Shown here one piece after another: positions 13,501 to 25,330 of a stretch of DNA of 64,000 bases (position 1 is the stretch's first letter; every line of letters begins with the position of its first letter). The notes below the pieces were generated by a model, which saw only the letters and a program-made list of their open reading frames with translations, was not told where the DNA came from and ran no database searches. The stretch spans positions 3,286,001 to 3,350,000 of the forward strand of contig JAYWIR010000019.1 in the NCBI GenBank assembly GCA_036172245.1. Direction: 5' to 3'. The DNA comes from Raillietiella orientalis (Eukaryota). Both the position numbers and the translations under genes were made by a program.

Positions 13501-14599
13501 TCCCTGTTTGGTCTCCTTTCTTTCTCGAGAACTTCTAAGCACAACAGTAGTTTTCTCGAAAAAGCGGGCAATCCTCAGGATGACCATTCGCCTCCCTTTG
13601 AATAGTGCTGGATCCAACAGACGAGGAAGCCCAGTCCAAGGATGAACTTTTAGCAGAGAACCACTTCTTAGCTCCCTTCGAATGCCATCTCCAATTCATT
13701 TCAATCCGTGAGGCGATGCATCCTGCTGCCGGATGTACAGGAAGGAATGCAGCGATCCAGAACACGTGGCAGTCTCATCCCAAACTAGGCATCTTCTGCA
13801 GATACGATCTTGTTTGAGGTGTGCGAATCCCTCCTGACTGAGAGATCGAACCGGGGAGCATGGATGAATCTGCACCCAAGAATCGCATGCACCATCCATG
13901 AAGCCAGACTCTGTGTAACCCGACGAATGACTTGGATTTTCCCTGATCCTTGTTGTGCCTTTCCATTAGGGAATGCCACGCCTGACTCCTGCGCCGAAGA
14001 GTGAGGACAGTCGACTCTCAACCACCTCCTCGTGGCTGCATCGGATGTGTTGCCGTCACCAGCCATCTGTAGCTCTCCGTCCGCAAACGTCCATCTTGCC
14101 GCTAAGACAGGGCAGAAGCCCGAACCAGAGGAACATAGGACACAGATTGATCAAGAGCAGGTTCGGCAACAGAATAAAAACTGAGAAAAGGAAGGCAGCG
14201 GATCCGGTAAGACCTAGAGAACTGAAGATTTGGTACACGGTGAAATGCAAGCCGATGCGTGGATGAAATAACGAAAGATGAGTTGTTGTTTCTTTTTACA
14301 AAAGAAACAACAACTCTGGAACTTGAAAGAATCTGAAACTTGGATCTTGGTAATAAGCAACGAGCCGGAATCTAACAGAGACAGTGTCTCGGAAGTCCCC
14401 AAAATTGCAAAGACCTCTGATGACCCGGAATCGCAGCAGCGGCTGCAACTCAGACACTGTTGTTGCAGATTTATCCTGAGAGACTGCAAAGAGAATGGCC
14501 CTCTAATCGTTCAGAACGTGGAAACTATTCAGGCAGCCCCGAACCGGACGTCAGCATAAGCAGAACAGCTTCGACGCTCTCTCTGGCAAGAAATTCAAT

Positions 14600-15340
14600 C
14601 AGAGGGGACTTGCGGAAGTCCTTCTTTTCCTGCACAAGAAAAAGTGGAATTTTCTGCGCAACTATAGGTGCGGATCTGGGGCGAGTCCAAAGAAAAACCA
14701 CGTAGACCGTAGCAAAATAAAGGTGAGTGCCCAGCAAAAACGGGTGGGAAAGATTGAGAAAAATTCGAACCTGGCGGTGGACTTCCTTGCGAATGATTCG
14801 CCATTCCACACGGATGCACACGGAAGCATTTCCCCCGGCAATCGAAAATGCATTCATTGGTGGTCAATTCGACCGCAAATCGAGATGAAAACAGCTGGGC
14901 TAGGAAAACATAGTCCAAGGTTTGCTCGCCACAGCGAGCTAAGAGAGTTAGAAGGCCGGCAAGGAGTGACACTGGAAGAGAAACTGCGCCGAACGACATG
15001 GCAAAGTGATGATAGAATTCTTCAGATCCCCAATTAAACGAAAGATGTGAGCAAGGCAACAGCAATCTATGGGGGTACCTTCTGGAGGAAAAATAACAAC
15101 AGAGTAATTGGTCAGCTGCCGATTTCTTAACGAGGCCGAGTGGTTGCAAAAAGTTGAGATGGCACTCTCTGGGAGCATGAGTTCAGCCCTCTGAGGAAAG
15201 TTCGTAATGACGGAAGGCAGACAGCAAAAAGCTGGCTGTCTGACAGAGGCTCCAATGCTCCAATACATGGATGCAAACGCCATTTTCCCAAAGATTCGAA
15301 CAGTCTCGAAAAATCGGGAGAGGCTACTTGACCGTAAGGT
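14600..15340 (-). pseudogene. Possible decayed multi-pass membrane protein (gustatory-receptor-like N-terminal half)
   Basis: FFETVRIFGKMAF resembles the GR N-terminal R+FG motif, followed by hydrophobic segments FAMSFGAVSLPVSLLAGLLTLL and PFLLGTHLYFATVYVVFLW. Confidence 0.25.
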
Positions 15341-17177
15341 AGAAGCGCATGCAGTCAAAAATTAAGTGGTAGATGGACCACCGGAAGGGTGCATACGGGA
15401 GAAGGTGTAAAAAATGCCCCTGTAGCAGAAAGGAGGATGAATTATACCACAATTCGGCGCCTTGAAGCATCCATGCAACACGGTTGGTATGTAAAGATTA
15501 TTCTTGGGGAACTCTTTAAAAAACGTTGGAGTGTGGGAGCTTACAAATCATGTTGATGACGCCTTTTTTTTTTTTTTTTCCTTTGCCTCCCTGCAGCAGC
15601 TGGCTGAACACAAACAAGTCTGTTACCATTCCATTCATGTGTTTTCGGCCCTTGTTCGGGGAACCAAAACTGAAAGAAATGAAATTCCTTGCGATCGAAG
15701 GCCTCAGTTGAAGATGAAGAATAGTCAAACTAATATGACTTTTAAAGTGGAGCAAGCAAGTGGGCATTCGAAAAGGCATGCTCAGAGAGTTCAAATGTCC
15801 TCGCCGCAACTGTCTCTGCCGAAAGAAGCTGTAATAAAATCTTGGCCAGGATAACAGTAAAGTATGAGACGGACTGCGACTGTTCTTACACACCAGTTTC
15901 ATGTTTCCATACTTTCTTTAAAATTAAAGGGGAGCATATAAGCTGCTGGTGGTCATAAAAGGAAACAAAAAAAAATCTGCAAGAGCAGCGGAGAAAGCAC
16001 GTTCTTTGTCCCGGATGAACTATGGAGCATCTAGAGAAGAACGGGATGGCTAAAATATTTACAGGAGGAATCAGCGTAAAGAGGGAAAAGAAAATTGAGA
16101 ACAGTCGAAAGCAATAAAAGGTCTTGAAATGAAAAAAAAGAAGAAGAAACGAGAACAAGGGATCGCAAACCTGAACGAACTGCGTTCTCAGCATGCATTC
16201 TCAATGGATGAAACATTGGAATGTGCAAACGGCTATGAGCTTTCCAGCAACTTTTTCGGACGCCTGCATTCATTTCAACTAAGGATGAGATTTCAATTGG
16301 CAGCAGTCTTTTGAGAACTTGATGCCCAACGAACAAATAGGTCACTGTAGACACTTCTGCCCCCACGAAGTTCGTAGAAGAATAGCAGTCGTTGCCATTT
16401 TTGGTATTTTCAGATTACGTGTTTAATATGTGCATGTGTTTAAATGCTATATATGTTTGTTTTTCTGGATTCTCCATTCCTCATTTCCTTCCTGTTTTTT
16501 TTATCTCCCTGATTGCTTTGACGATGCTATCAGTTGAGCTTCGTTCCGAGGATGATTCAAGAGCCAGGAAGCACCTTCACTACCAATGAGGGCGAATTTC
16601 GGAACTGGCAGAAACCATTCCGTGTTCTTCCAGCGCACCAAACGGGCAGTGGCTGTTTTTCGAAATATCTAAAAATGAAGTTCCGAAAACGATGGCTGCT
16701 GCGAAAACGGAAAAACCGAGTGTTGAGAGGATTCCGGAATTCCTCCCGCTTAACACGCGAGCCAGATTTTCTGCAGCACCTTCCAAGTAGGAAACCTGGA
16801 AGCTCATTAAAAAATAGGAAAACGTGAAAATATGCAAGCGAATGTTAAGAAAGGGACTGCTGGTGGAGAGGGTGGTGGACTGCTTTTCATTTTCAGGGAA
16901 ATAAGTGATGGCAACACGAAGGGTGTCAGCACATCCTCCGTCCGTGGTGTTGGATCAGCTGGAGATTGACTTCAACTTGGTGAGTCTCTTTCCATTACAA
17001 GTTCTGATGGGAACTAGACATCTCACTTTCGGATCGCGTTTCTGAAAAGAGAGGATGACAAACACGAGCGGTATTCCTGACCTTCTGTGAGGTTCTGAAC
17101 TCGTTTTCAAGTGACTTTTTTTTTTCAAGCTTTAGAAGAGCGTCTGATAGGAGAAGACTATGTTTCATTACGCTATA

Positions 17178-17204
17178 GAAGAAGAAGAAGAAGAAGAAGA
17201 AGAA
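17178..17204. repeat. (GAA)9 microsatellite
   Basis: Direct inspection. Confidence 0.95.
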
Positions 17205-20139
17205 ACATGCATTTCTCCAGCTGGTGCAGAAGTCTGCACTCCGGCAACTGCAACTGCTTCCTGAATAAATGCTGGCCACCTCGGAGGCTCTTGAAAAATG
17301 ATTAACGGCTCAACCCGTTAATCCCTCAAAACTTATTTGCCTGGCATGACGTGAAATGCGGGTACGGAAGGCCAATTCTGTTAAGCAAGAATAGCTGAAG
17401 AGGATCCGGAAAAAGCAGGCCTCGCCGCTTTAAACTGCGAAGAAGAAATCAAACAAAGGAGCAAGATACTTTAGAGAGATTACTCAGACGAAAGACCAAT
17501 CAACCTTTATTTGCTGAATGTCGATCTGTCGATAGCGAGTACCAGCAACGATGCAGCCTCAAGCTTTGATTTTGTCTGTTCCTTTTCGCAGCAACCTCTT
17601 TCCTCTCCTTCTTACAAGACAGAATGTAGCAGCATGCATCCGAAAGCACACATGTGTCTTCTCGCACGCGATGCGAATATTTCAATAGCTCTAAGGACCA
17701 TCCTGATGGGAACCCAGGAAGGCAATTCCGGAGCTAGCAGTTGCCGCAGCCTCTTCGTTCGGGGCATTCGAGTGCTCCTGGGCGGCAGCAACACAAGGAA
17801 TGCTGCCCGGGAGGGAAGACGATTCGCACCAGGATCGGTCTGAGTAAATAGGAGGCCGACGGACCTCAGCAGCGAGGCGGCGCCGATACGAGCTCGCGGC
17901 CCAAGCCTCCACGAAAGCAAAAGCAGCAGCGTGAGGCTGCGAGCACAGCCGGGTCCCTCTTCTTCGAGGCACTTTCGCGACGAGAAGTGACAGCTTCCAT
18001 GTCATCAACTCGACAGAGGGGGGCGGACGCCGAAAACACACCAACGGTCTGCCCCGATTTCATCCTGGGTGACCACGTCGCCGCCGCGATGAGTCTCCCT
18101 CCATTGCTGGTTCATCGCCGCAGGACATGCTGCAGAACTCGACGACGCCACTCGTGGCAACCGGAATCCGCGTCTGTGATCGGCAGCAAAGAGCGGGCCG
18201 GCTGAAGAGGGAACTCGGCCGTCGCAACAGAAGCGAACGTGGGAGACCCAAGCGAACGCGAGGTCACGGTCTCCGAAGGATGAAAGCAGCACCCCCGAAA
18301 GCGAAGCTGTCGAAACTGCATTAAGGCGCCTTTTTTCCGAGATGATTGACAGCCTTTCCGGAGACCCCGTTGGAATCCTAAAACAAATATCCATTCCCTC
18401 CCTTCTCCTGCTCGGTGGTCGGTCATCTTCGATACACGTGCGCGATGATCCATTGCACGGATCTTCGAGATGCAAAAGAGCATCCTTCTGTTGGCGTTGC
18501 TCCTCAAACTGGAAGAATGCTATCTTCGGGATGGCGGAGGCTTCCGAAAGGGAACCTGGGTGAGGCATCTCCACCGTGGGCCTCTCCGCCGCGCATCGGA
18601 CGAGCTGAAGAGAGGAAGTCATGGATGGCGCCACGCGTCGAAAGTTTTCCTCCCTTTCTTCTCCCGAACCCATCCTTTCGTTCGATGTCGCTCCTTGAGC
18701 GCGGCGGCTCGGAGGCATCCATCACTTTCTCGTCAGCTACCCACGGAAACACCCGCAGACACGTGCTCCTCCTCCCAAGCCAAGGAGAGCAGGGTGGACC
18801 TACCGACCGCTCGGCCGGCCGCGTGTCCAGCAGAGGTTCTTCCATCGGAATTTTTGCCGTCCGTTCTTCCGGCTCCTGAAGCTCTCGGATGAACGAAACC
18901 CCTGCCGTTCTCAGCCATCAGCCGCCCACGCTCCCCTTCCGGGTCGAACTTCGGGCCACCCCTCCATGGCGAGGGGAGGTCGGCCGTCAGCGGCGCCACT
19001 GCCGCAGGTCGGCTTTTCGCTGCCGTCGTGTCGCCTCTCGGGCCGAAAGCAGCCCGCAAATCCTTCCGGTTTCCCGGGCGACGGCGACGCTTCGGCCCGA
19101 AGCCTCGCCCGAGACGAATGGGCTTGCCGAGGGCTTCCCGTCTCGTCCTACGCTGAGGGTTCCCGAAATGGGTCCGCAGCAGCAGCCTCTTCCCCCCTGG
19201 TGCTTCGAGCTCTTCGAGAGCAAAGCTCCCACTCTCCCCTTTTCGATTTTCTTTTCCTTTTTCTTTTTTTCTTATTTTTGGCTTCTTGTCATTTCGTCAT
19301 CTTCTGACACGCGCGTTTTGGACGTTCGCCTCTGTAATTAATTGGCTCCCGCACCCGTGGCACTGGTTGGGCGTGATGCACTGGGAGAGGCGAAACTTAA
19401 TGCAACATTTCGAAAGGCTGAAGGATGCGAGAAGCTGGAGAACCACAGATCTAATCTGGAACGGGTTTTTTCCTGGCGAACGCGGTTGGGAGGGGCAGGA
19501 GAATCCTTCACCGCCGTCCGCCGCGGCCGCCACGTTTCCACCCAGCCCAAGGGGCGCGTGGGGGCTACTCATTTTGTAAACTTTCCCCAGGAACAGGGGT
19601 GCACGTTCTCCCGGAGCTCTCATTGCGAATTCCCAATAAAGTGTTTCCCCCTCCCCTCCCTCCGCCTCCCTCTGAGAAGGTCCAAGGGGGATTTTTTTCC
19701 CTCCCCCCCTCGCATAGATCGCCGTCTTGAAATGAGATTTTCCCAGTTGATAAAACGCTTCGATAGGAAGGAGTCTGTTGCATGGAAACGAACGATTCGC
19801 GAACGATCGCCCGTCTAAAAATAATACGCGTGACTTTTTTTGGTTCCAATTTCTATTCGAGGCAACTTCGAAGGGCGGCTCTTCGGCGTGGTCATCTCGC
19901 AGCCGGACGTCACATACCCTTCCTCGTTCCCTGTTTGTCTTTCCAGGTGCAGCCTTCTTCCTCCGCTTGAGCACTTTATCCTGTCTTTAATGGGGAAGAC
20001 ATCCCGCGAGCGGATTGGTTCAATCCCTCCCTCTAAGAGTCTTGTGAAAAAGTGAAGAGAAGGGACGAAAGGAAGGGAACGGCGATGCACCGCCACCATC
20101 CCCTAAGGCGTTTTGTCATCCCGGAATGAATACCTTAAA

Positions 20140-20480
20140 GATCTTGGCATAGAGAACTTCATGACCATCGAGGGCGTCACGTGTCCTCTCTGCTTCATCG
20201 TGGGGAGTAGAAGGAAGGAAGGCGTCCCTGAAGCGTGGGGGGAGGAGATGACCTGCAGTTATCTCCGGGGTCACCAAGGCGGTGGAAAGCGTCTCTTCTG
20301 GAGAGCGAGGACCCCCCTCCCCAAATTCCATAGTTCCGAAACCTGGATGGATTCTCCGGGAGAATTTCGAGGTCCTGTGCTTCCTGGTCGACGCCTCCAT
20401 CCTCCCCTTTCCGGTGGAGCCAGCAGACCGCCATCTTGCTGGTGCACCGGGCGTTCCCTCGAAAAGAGGAGCGCTGCCCC
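20140..20480 (+). mobile_element. Gag-like LINE ORF1 relic
   Basis: EGVPEAWGEEMTCSYLRG...ILPFPVEP/RPPSCW resembles the pre-zinc-knuckle region of ORF1 (GVP..EE+...L; V.PY.P.P..C). Patchy DNA similarity to the 46330-46080 minus strand. Confidence 0.4.
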
Positions 20481-20789
20481 ACACGCCACATGAAATTTCG
20501 ACTCTCCCAGAGTATCGTGCCAATCCTTCCACGGGTGCAAGATCAAATGGGAAGCTTCTGCTGGTGAGCTGTATCTGCTCCCTGGACCTCCTCCAACAAT
20601 TCTTTGGCTTGAGAGCGACCTCACGAAAGCAGCAGAGATTAAGCAGAATTGTGAAGGACTGCCGATCCCTGGTGGTTCGGCTGCAACAAGGAGCGATTAA
20701 TTTAGCGATTTTTTTTTTTTTTTTTCGAAGAATGCCTGGATCGAATAAGTAGAGGCTTCATCTTGAGCACTGGAGTTCTCTGGTTTCCA

Positions 20790-21520
20790 AATGCAAGCCA
20801 TACAAGGATGTGGTTACTTTCCTTCCACCCGAACCATGGAATCTACTTTGGGCATCGTTCACCCCCCTAGCCCTAGCGCTTCCCTCCTTACGGGAAGCAA
20901 AGGACAGCGACCTTCCAGTAAGGTGGAAGGCACTATCGAAAATAGAAGACATTTAATTGCTTGGACAATTCGGGAGCTGACAGATGCTGCCACCCCGAAT
21001 GTCCCTCCAAAAGGACTGCTACGCTGGGGAAAGCTACTAGAAATTCATCTGGAGAAGATACAGTGGCCTTTAAAGTTCTGGAACAGTGCAACCTTCCTCC
21101 TAAAATGGCAGGAGTCGGCGATCCTTCTGTTGAATTGGGCCTTCCGGTGCAACGCCCACCGACACCGTTGGACCCAGGGAGGTGAATGCAAGCCCCAACT
21201 GCAGCAGGTGTGACGAAAGAGAGCCCCTCCTACACCTTCTCGTGGATTGTGTGGCATGTGTGGCCCTCCGTCTCCTGCGGGAACGCTTTGCCGCGTACCT
21301 GAGGATCCCCGAGGGCAATCCCAGAAACCTCCCGAAGCGCCTCTTTCAGCGCGATGCCATCACGCCGGTCGCATCCCTAGCAGCACTTTTCTGCCTACGC
21401 GGGTTCGTGGCTGCATGGATCAGCGCCAGAGGAGTTCAGTACAACAGGCATGCCATGTATTTTGCTGTCATCTTCATGAGGACAGCGACAAGATGACCCC
21501 ATCTGGGAACCTTAAAATAG
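20790..21520 (+). mobile_element. Second copy of the L1/Tx1-like ORF2 3' end
   Basis: PNVPPKGLLRWGKLLEI, LKWQESAILLL and SPNCSRCDEREPLLHLLVDC...ERFAAYLRIPEGNPR...ASLAALFCLRGFVAAW align with the copy at 55460-54950. Confidence 0.8.
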
Positions 21521-22199
21521 GAACTTGCCGGCATCCTTACAAGGATGCAGAGGACGCCCTCCAACACTCGGTGATTCCATCCCGAACCTTCCCATTTTTT
21601 TCAGATATTTTTTGTTTCATTTTTCTTTTTTGTTTGTCCCCTTCCTCTCTGCTACCGAGGAGAACCTCACCGACCTGCGCTCCGATACTCTGCAGGTTCC
21701 TTTTAGTATATTTATAACGTGGCAGGACCAAGCGTCCTGCCACTGACCAGTATGTTTATTTTTTATATAAATAAACGCCCCGGAGCAACTGGGTGTCAAA
21801 TCCGAACCACAGAAGTACCTCTTCGTCCTTTCTTCTTGCTCTCCGTACGCCCAGAACGTTTCTGAATCTAGCTATGGGCTTGAAAGAGACAGGCAACTCG
21901 ACTCAATGGTCCTATCAGAACTGTTCTGGATAAAACCAGGAAGCCTAAGGGGACAGGATGATTCATAGTCGCTGGAGGAATGATGCAGCAGCCGTTCCGG
22001 TTATCGCCAGAATGGCTTCGAGAGTTCTCACCACCACCTCTGCAGACCGTTCGCCTCCTTGAACTCGCCCTCGTGATGAGGATGCAGGACGCTTTCAACG
22101 CAGGCGTTGTCCATTCAGCAAAGTTCCTCATTAATCTTATGAGTACATGGCAGCGCACGGTGGGGGAGTCGCTCACACTCTTTGCCGGACGGAAAAGAA

Positions 22200-22560
22200 A
22201 GTCCACTATCCTCGGGGTTTTCAAGATTCCTTAGACAGCTCTTCCGGCTTCTCTATTGGGATGTGGCACCGTCAAAAGATTGCTGGGTGTGGAAGGACAG
22301 GAGTGCTGGATGCTTGCTTCCTTGGTCATTTCCCTCCTCATGTGACCTCTTCTCTACGGTTTTGGAGCACCAGACCTGGGATCTTGTCTCAAGAAAGGAC
22401 CATTGGAGACGAGCAGCTCCCCTAGTGGTTAAACACCTTCTTCTTCATCTTGCTGAGCAGCTCGTCGTGGCGTTTCACGATCACGTAGTGCTTCTCATCA
22501 GGCGAGAGAACCTTCTGGATTGAAGAGCATTCCCAGTACTACTAGATGTTCGAACACACC
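22200..22560 (-). mobile_element. Probable restriction-like endonuclease relic of the same R2-group element
   Basis: KHYVIVKRHDELLSKMKK (RHD motif), KIPGLVL (cf. RPDLVL) and IPIEKPEEL (cf. DxTIPFE), on the same strand and downstream of the thumb relic. Confidence 0.5.
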
Positions 22561-22729
22561 CATTTTCTTCCTGATGTGCTCCATGTGTCCCAGAAACTCT
22601 TCCGTTCACCAGATCTCAGGATTCTGAGTACGAAAAACGGTCTCACTGATGCAATCACTCCTTTAACCCTATCCGTACCACCCAAAGGTTCGTGGAACTC
22701 TTCAAGTTAGAAGGCAGTTCCGGAGGCAC

Positions 22730-23265
22730 TTCTTTGTTTCCTCTCCGAAGGGAACCCGGAAAGGATCCATCTTGGAATTTCTTCTCCAGAAGGCATTGGC
22801 AAGGAACTGCCCTTTCTTTTTCCCCCTCTGACGAGAACTCCGAAGGGATGCTTCCCAGTTTCTCTGAAGGGCTCTCCACGAAGGGAGCAGCGCAACTTAT
22901 TGCACTCTGGAGAAGTATCAACCAACCAATTCCTCCATGGTACGAGATGGTGGATTCTTCCCCCGAAGGGGGGAGGGATGGCTTTATTTTCACAACAGGA
23001 GGGAACCCAGAAGGGCTTCTTGACTCCTGGAAGGACCCCAGGAATCAAACTTCCAATCCCGGTCACTCAACAGGAGCATCCGGTTTCCACCAACGCCGCA
23101 CCTGAAACCTACGGACCAACCAACTGGAGGGACTCGAAACCCACGACACACCTATTTCTCAATCCTTCGATTCTTCCCCGGGAGGGACTCGAACCCTCCC
23201 GTGGAAGACTTATCCTCTTGATACCACGTGGGGAAGCCGCTGCCACACGGCCTCCCACGCCGGTC
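22730..23265 (-). mobile_element. tRNA-headed dispersed repeat, copy C (inverted, shorter at the 3' end)
   Basis: The minus strand has a perfect T-arm GGAGGG-TTCGAGT-CCCTCC (23199-23181), then CCGGGATTGGAAGTT, GGGTTCCCTCCTGTTGTGAAAAT and CTCCAGAGTGC shared with copies A and B. Confidence 0.8.
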
Positions 23266-23889
23266 ACCCCTTTAGGGACAAAGGACCTCAATGGACCTGA
23301 ATACCAGCTCTCCTTCTTCTGCCTCGCATCTTCTAACGTCGTTGCTGAATGCTCTCGATATGCTTCGCGTCTCAAGGGCAGGAAATTCTTCAGTTGTTGG
23401 CCAAACAGCACAGGTACATTGCTGGACGCACTCTGTACTAGTCGATGGAACACGAAAGCTGAAGGGCAGAAGACTCAGGCTGCGAAAAGACAGGTCGAAA
23501 GCGGGTTCGGCCGAGTATGCCCTCTGTGTGTTGCGAGGGCATGATTCCAGACTTGCCGTCTTCTCGCCGCTGATGAGAAGCGAATCCCGCCAAAATGGAA
23601 ATCGACATCCCGGAGACATCGCCTACACGTGAAGGGGGGCACAATGGCCCGTTCTGGGAAGGAAGGTGCGAGGGGACCCGCGAACTCCTGCGGGCAGGCG
23701 AACCCAAAACGCATGAGAGCACGTCTCCTTCCATTCAGCCCCTTTCCTGCTCTATGCGGCCCTCGGAAAAACAAAGCACCATGGGGCCGTTTCGTCCCGT
23801 TCCCTACTTATTCATCGTTCCCTTCTTTTCTCCTTCCACCCCCAATCCCCCTGGTTCCGCCCCCTGCTCGCTGAGTCCTCCTCATAAAG

Positions 23890-24640
23890 GAAGTGAGCAA
23901 AAGTTCGGTGCTGACCAACGCAGAACGTGTCTTTCCTTGATCAGGATGTCTTCCTATCAGGAGGAAGACATGCTTCTCCGCATTGGATAGCTGGCAGCAG
24001 TGAGCTTCCTTCTCATGTATCTGTTGGTGGTTAGATGACCGGTGGAGATCCCAGATTCCCTATCCTTTCATCAAGGACCCAGGTTGTCTTTAGACTTCTG
24101 CCCTCCCCATGTCTACAGACTACTTACATCGCTGCTGAGATGGAAAGATTCGCCAGTGATCGATCCAGGCATAAATCTTGAGGAATCCTCGTGCATCCGT
24201 AAGGACTACGTTTTTTCTTGACTACTGCTTGCAGGGTGCCTCGGGCTAGATTCTCGGCCTTCAGATCTAGAGATGTCAGCAGCTTAAAACAGCTGTCAAT
24301 TGCAAAGTCGTCCGGCAGGTTCGGGAGACCGTGGCGCCCTCTGGTCCAGTGAGCGCATGAACGCTGGTTTACTGCCCCACTAGGCACGCCTAAGCACCAC
24401 TTGATGTGTTTCATGATAAGGAGGTAGACGAAGACCCAATCCACCTTCTTGAGGACTCACAGCCAATTGAGCTGCTGCATCAGACTCCGTAAGTAGAGCC
24501 TTCCCAGCGCATCCATTTCCCACCACGGGAAGAGCTCACAATCAACTCTCTGGCCGGCAGCTGATGCCTGGAAGCTTCCCCAGGAGAATTCGGTTTTCCC
24601 CGACTCTTGTGGGATCCTGGAGAGAAAACAAGGCTTCATT
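23890..24640 (-). mobile_element. Decayed NeSL/Utopia-like (R2-group) non-LTR retrotransposon, post-RT thumb region
   Basis: Motifs in the expected order: ELFPWWEMDALGRLYLRSL (cf. LAPWQKLDAL), KHIKWCLGVPSGAVN...RGRHGLP, IDSCFKLLTSLDLKAENLARGTL (cf. DSAFKLLTSxD), PDQGKT. Interrupted by stops and frameshifts. Confidence 0.75.
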
Positions 24641-24646
24641 TTTTGA

Positions 24647-25330
24647 GACTCGCGTTGGCAGCCATGTGGCTGCTGCAGTCTCTTCCCGTGGCAGCAGGTG
24701 TTGAGGATTCAAATCTTTCCCGGGGAAGGATCGATGCCGAGAAATGGGTGCGTCCTGGGTTTCTATTCCCCCCCCCCGTAGGATGACACTGACTGACCTA
24801 TTAGGTTGCAGCACTGATGCAAGCTGGAAACCCCCCAAGATGTCCCCATTGACTGGCCGGGATTGGAAGTTGACCCTCCAAGATCCTTCTGGGAATCAAG
24901 AAGAAATGGAGTAATGCGTCCCTTCCCCTCAAAGGGGACCCACCATCTGGTAGCATGGAAAAACTGGTTGACTGATACCTCTCCAGAGTATGAAGTGCTC
25001 TTCTCTCTTCAGGGAACCGCCCTGCAGAGAAATTGCGAAGCGTCCCTTTGGGGTTCTCTTCAGACGAGGAAAAACAAGGAGCGGTTCCCTTGCGGGTTCT
25101 CTCCAGAGAAGAAACGAGGAACAGTCTCTACAAACCGGATGGTTCCTCCGGGGAGAGTGAGGAAGGTTCTCTTCCGAGTTCCTTCTCAAGCATGACAGAA
25201 ACGGACTCTTCCCTCCGGAGTCTTCCTGGATTCATAGGGTGGTCCACACCTGGGGCATCCCCTATCTTGAAGAATTCCATGCACCCTCGGGTGGTGTAGA
25301 CAGTGTTAAAGAGCTTCGTGATCCATCCCC
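24647..25330 (+). mobile_element. tRNA-headed dispersed repeat, copy B
   Basis: Starts GACTCGCGTTGGC like copy A (GACTCCCGCGTTGGC). Degenerate B-box GGATTCAAATC, then CCGGGGAAGGATCGATGCC. Aligns to copy A for about 680 bp. Confidence 0.8.

Noticed and set aside
17480..17560. GPCR TM2-like motif PINLYLLNV
   Set aside because: A single short motif without supporting downstream GPCR signatures.
21160..21200. Programmed frameshift shared by both Tx1-like copies before the zinc-binding motif
   Set aside because: Both copies shift frame here but with different spacer lengths (22 and 19 nt), which fits independent indels in decayed copies.
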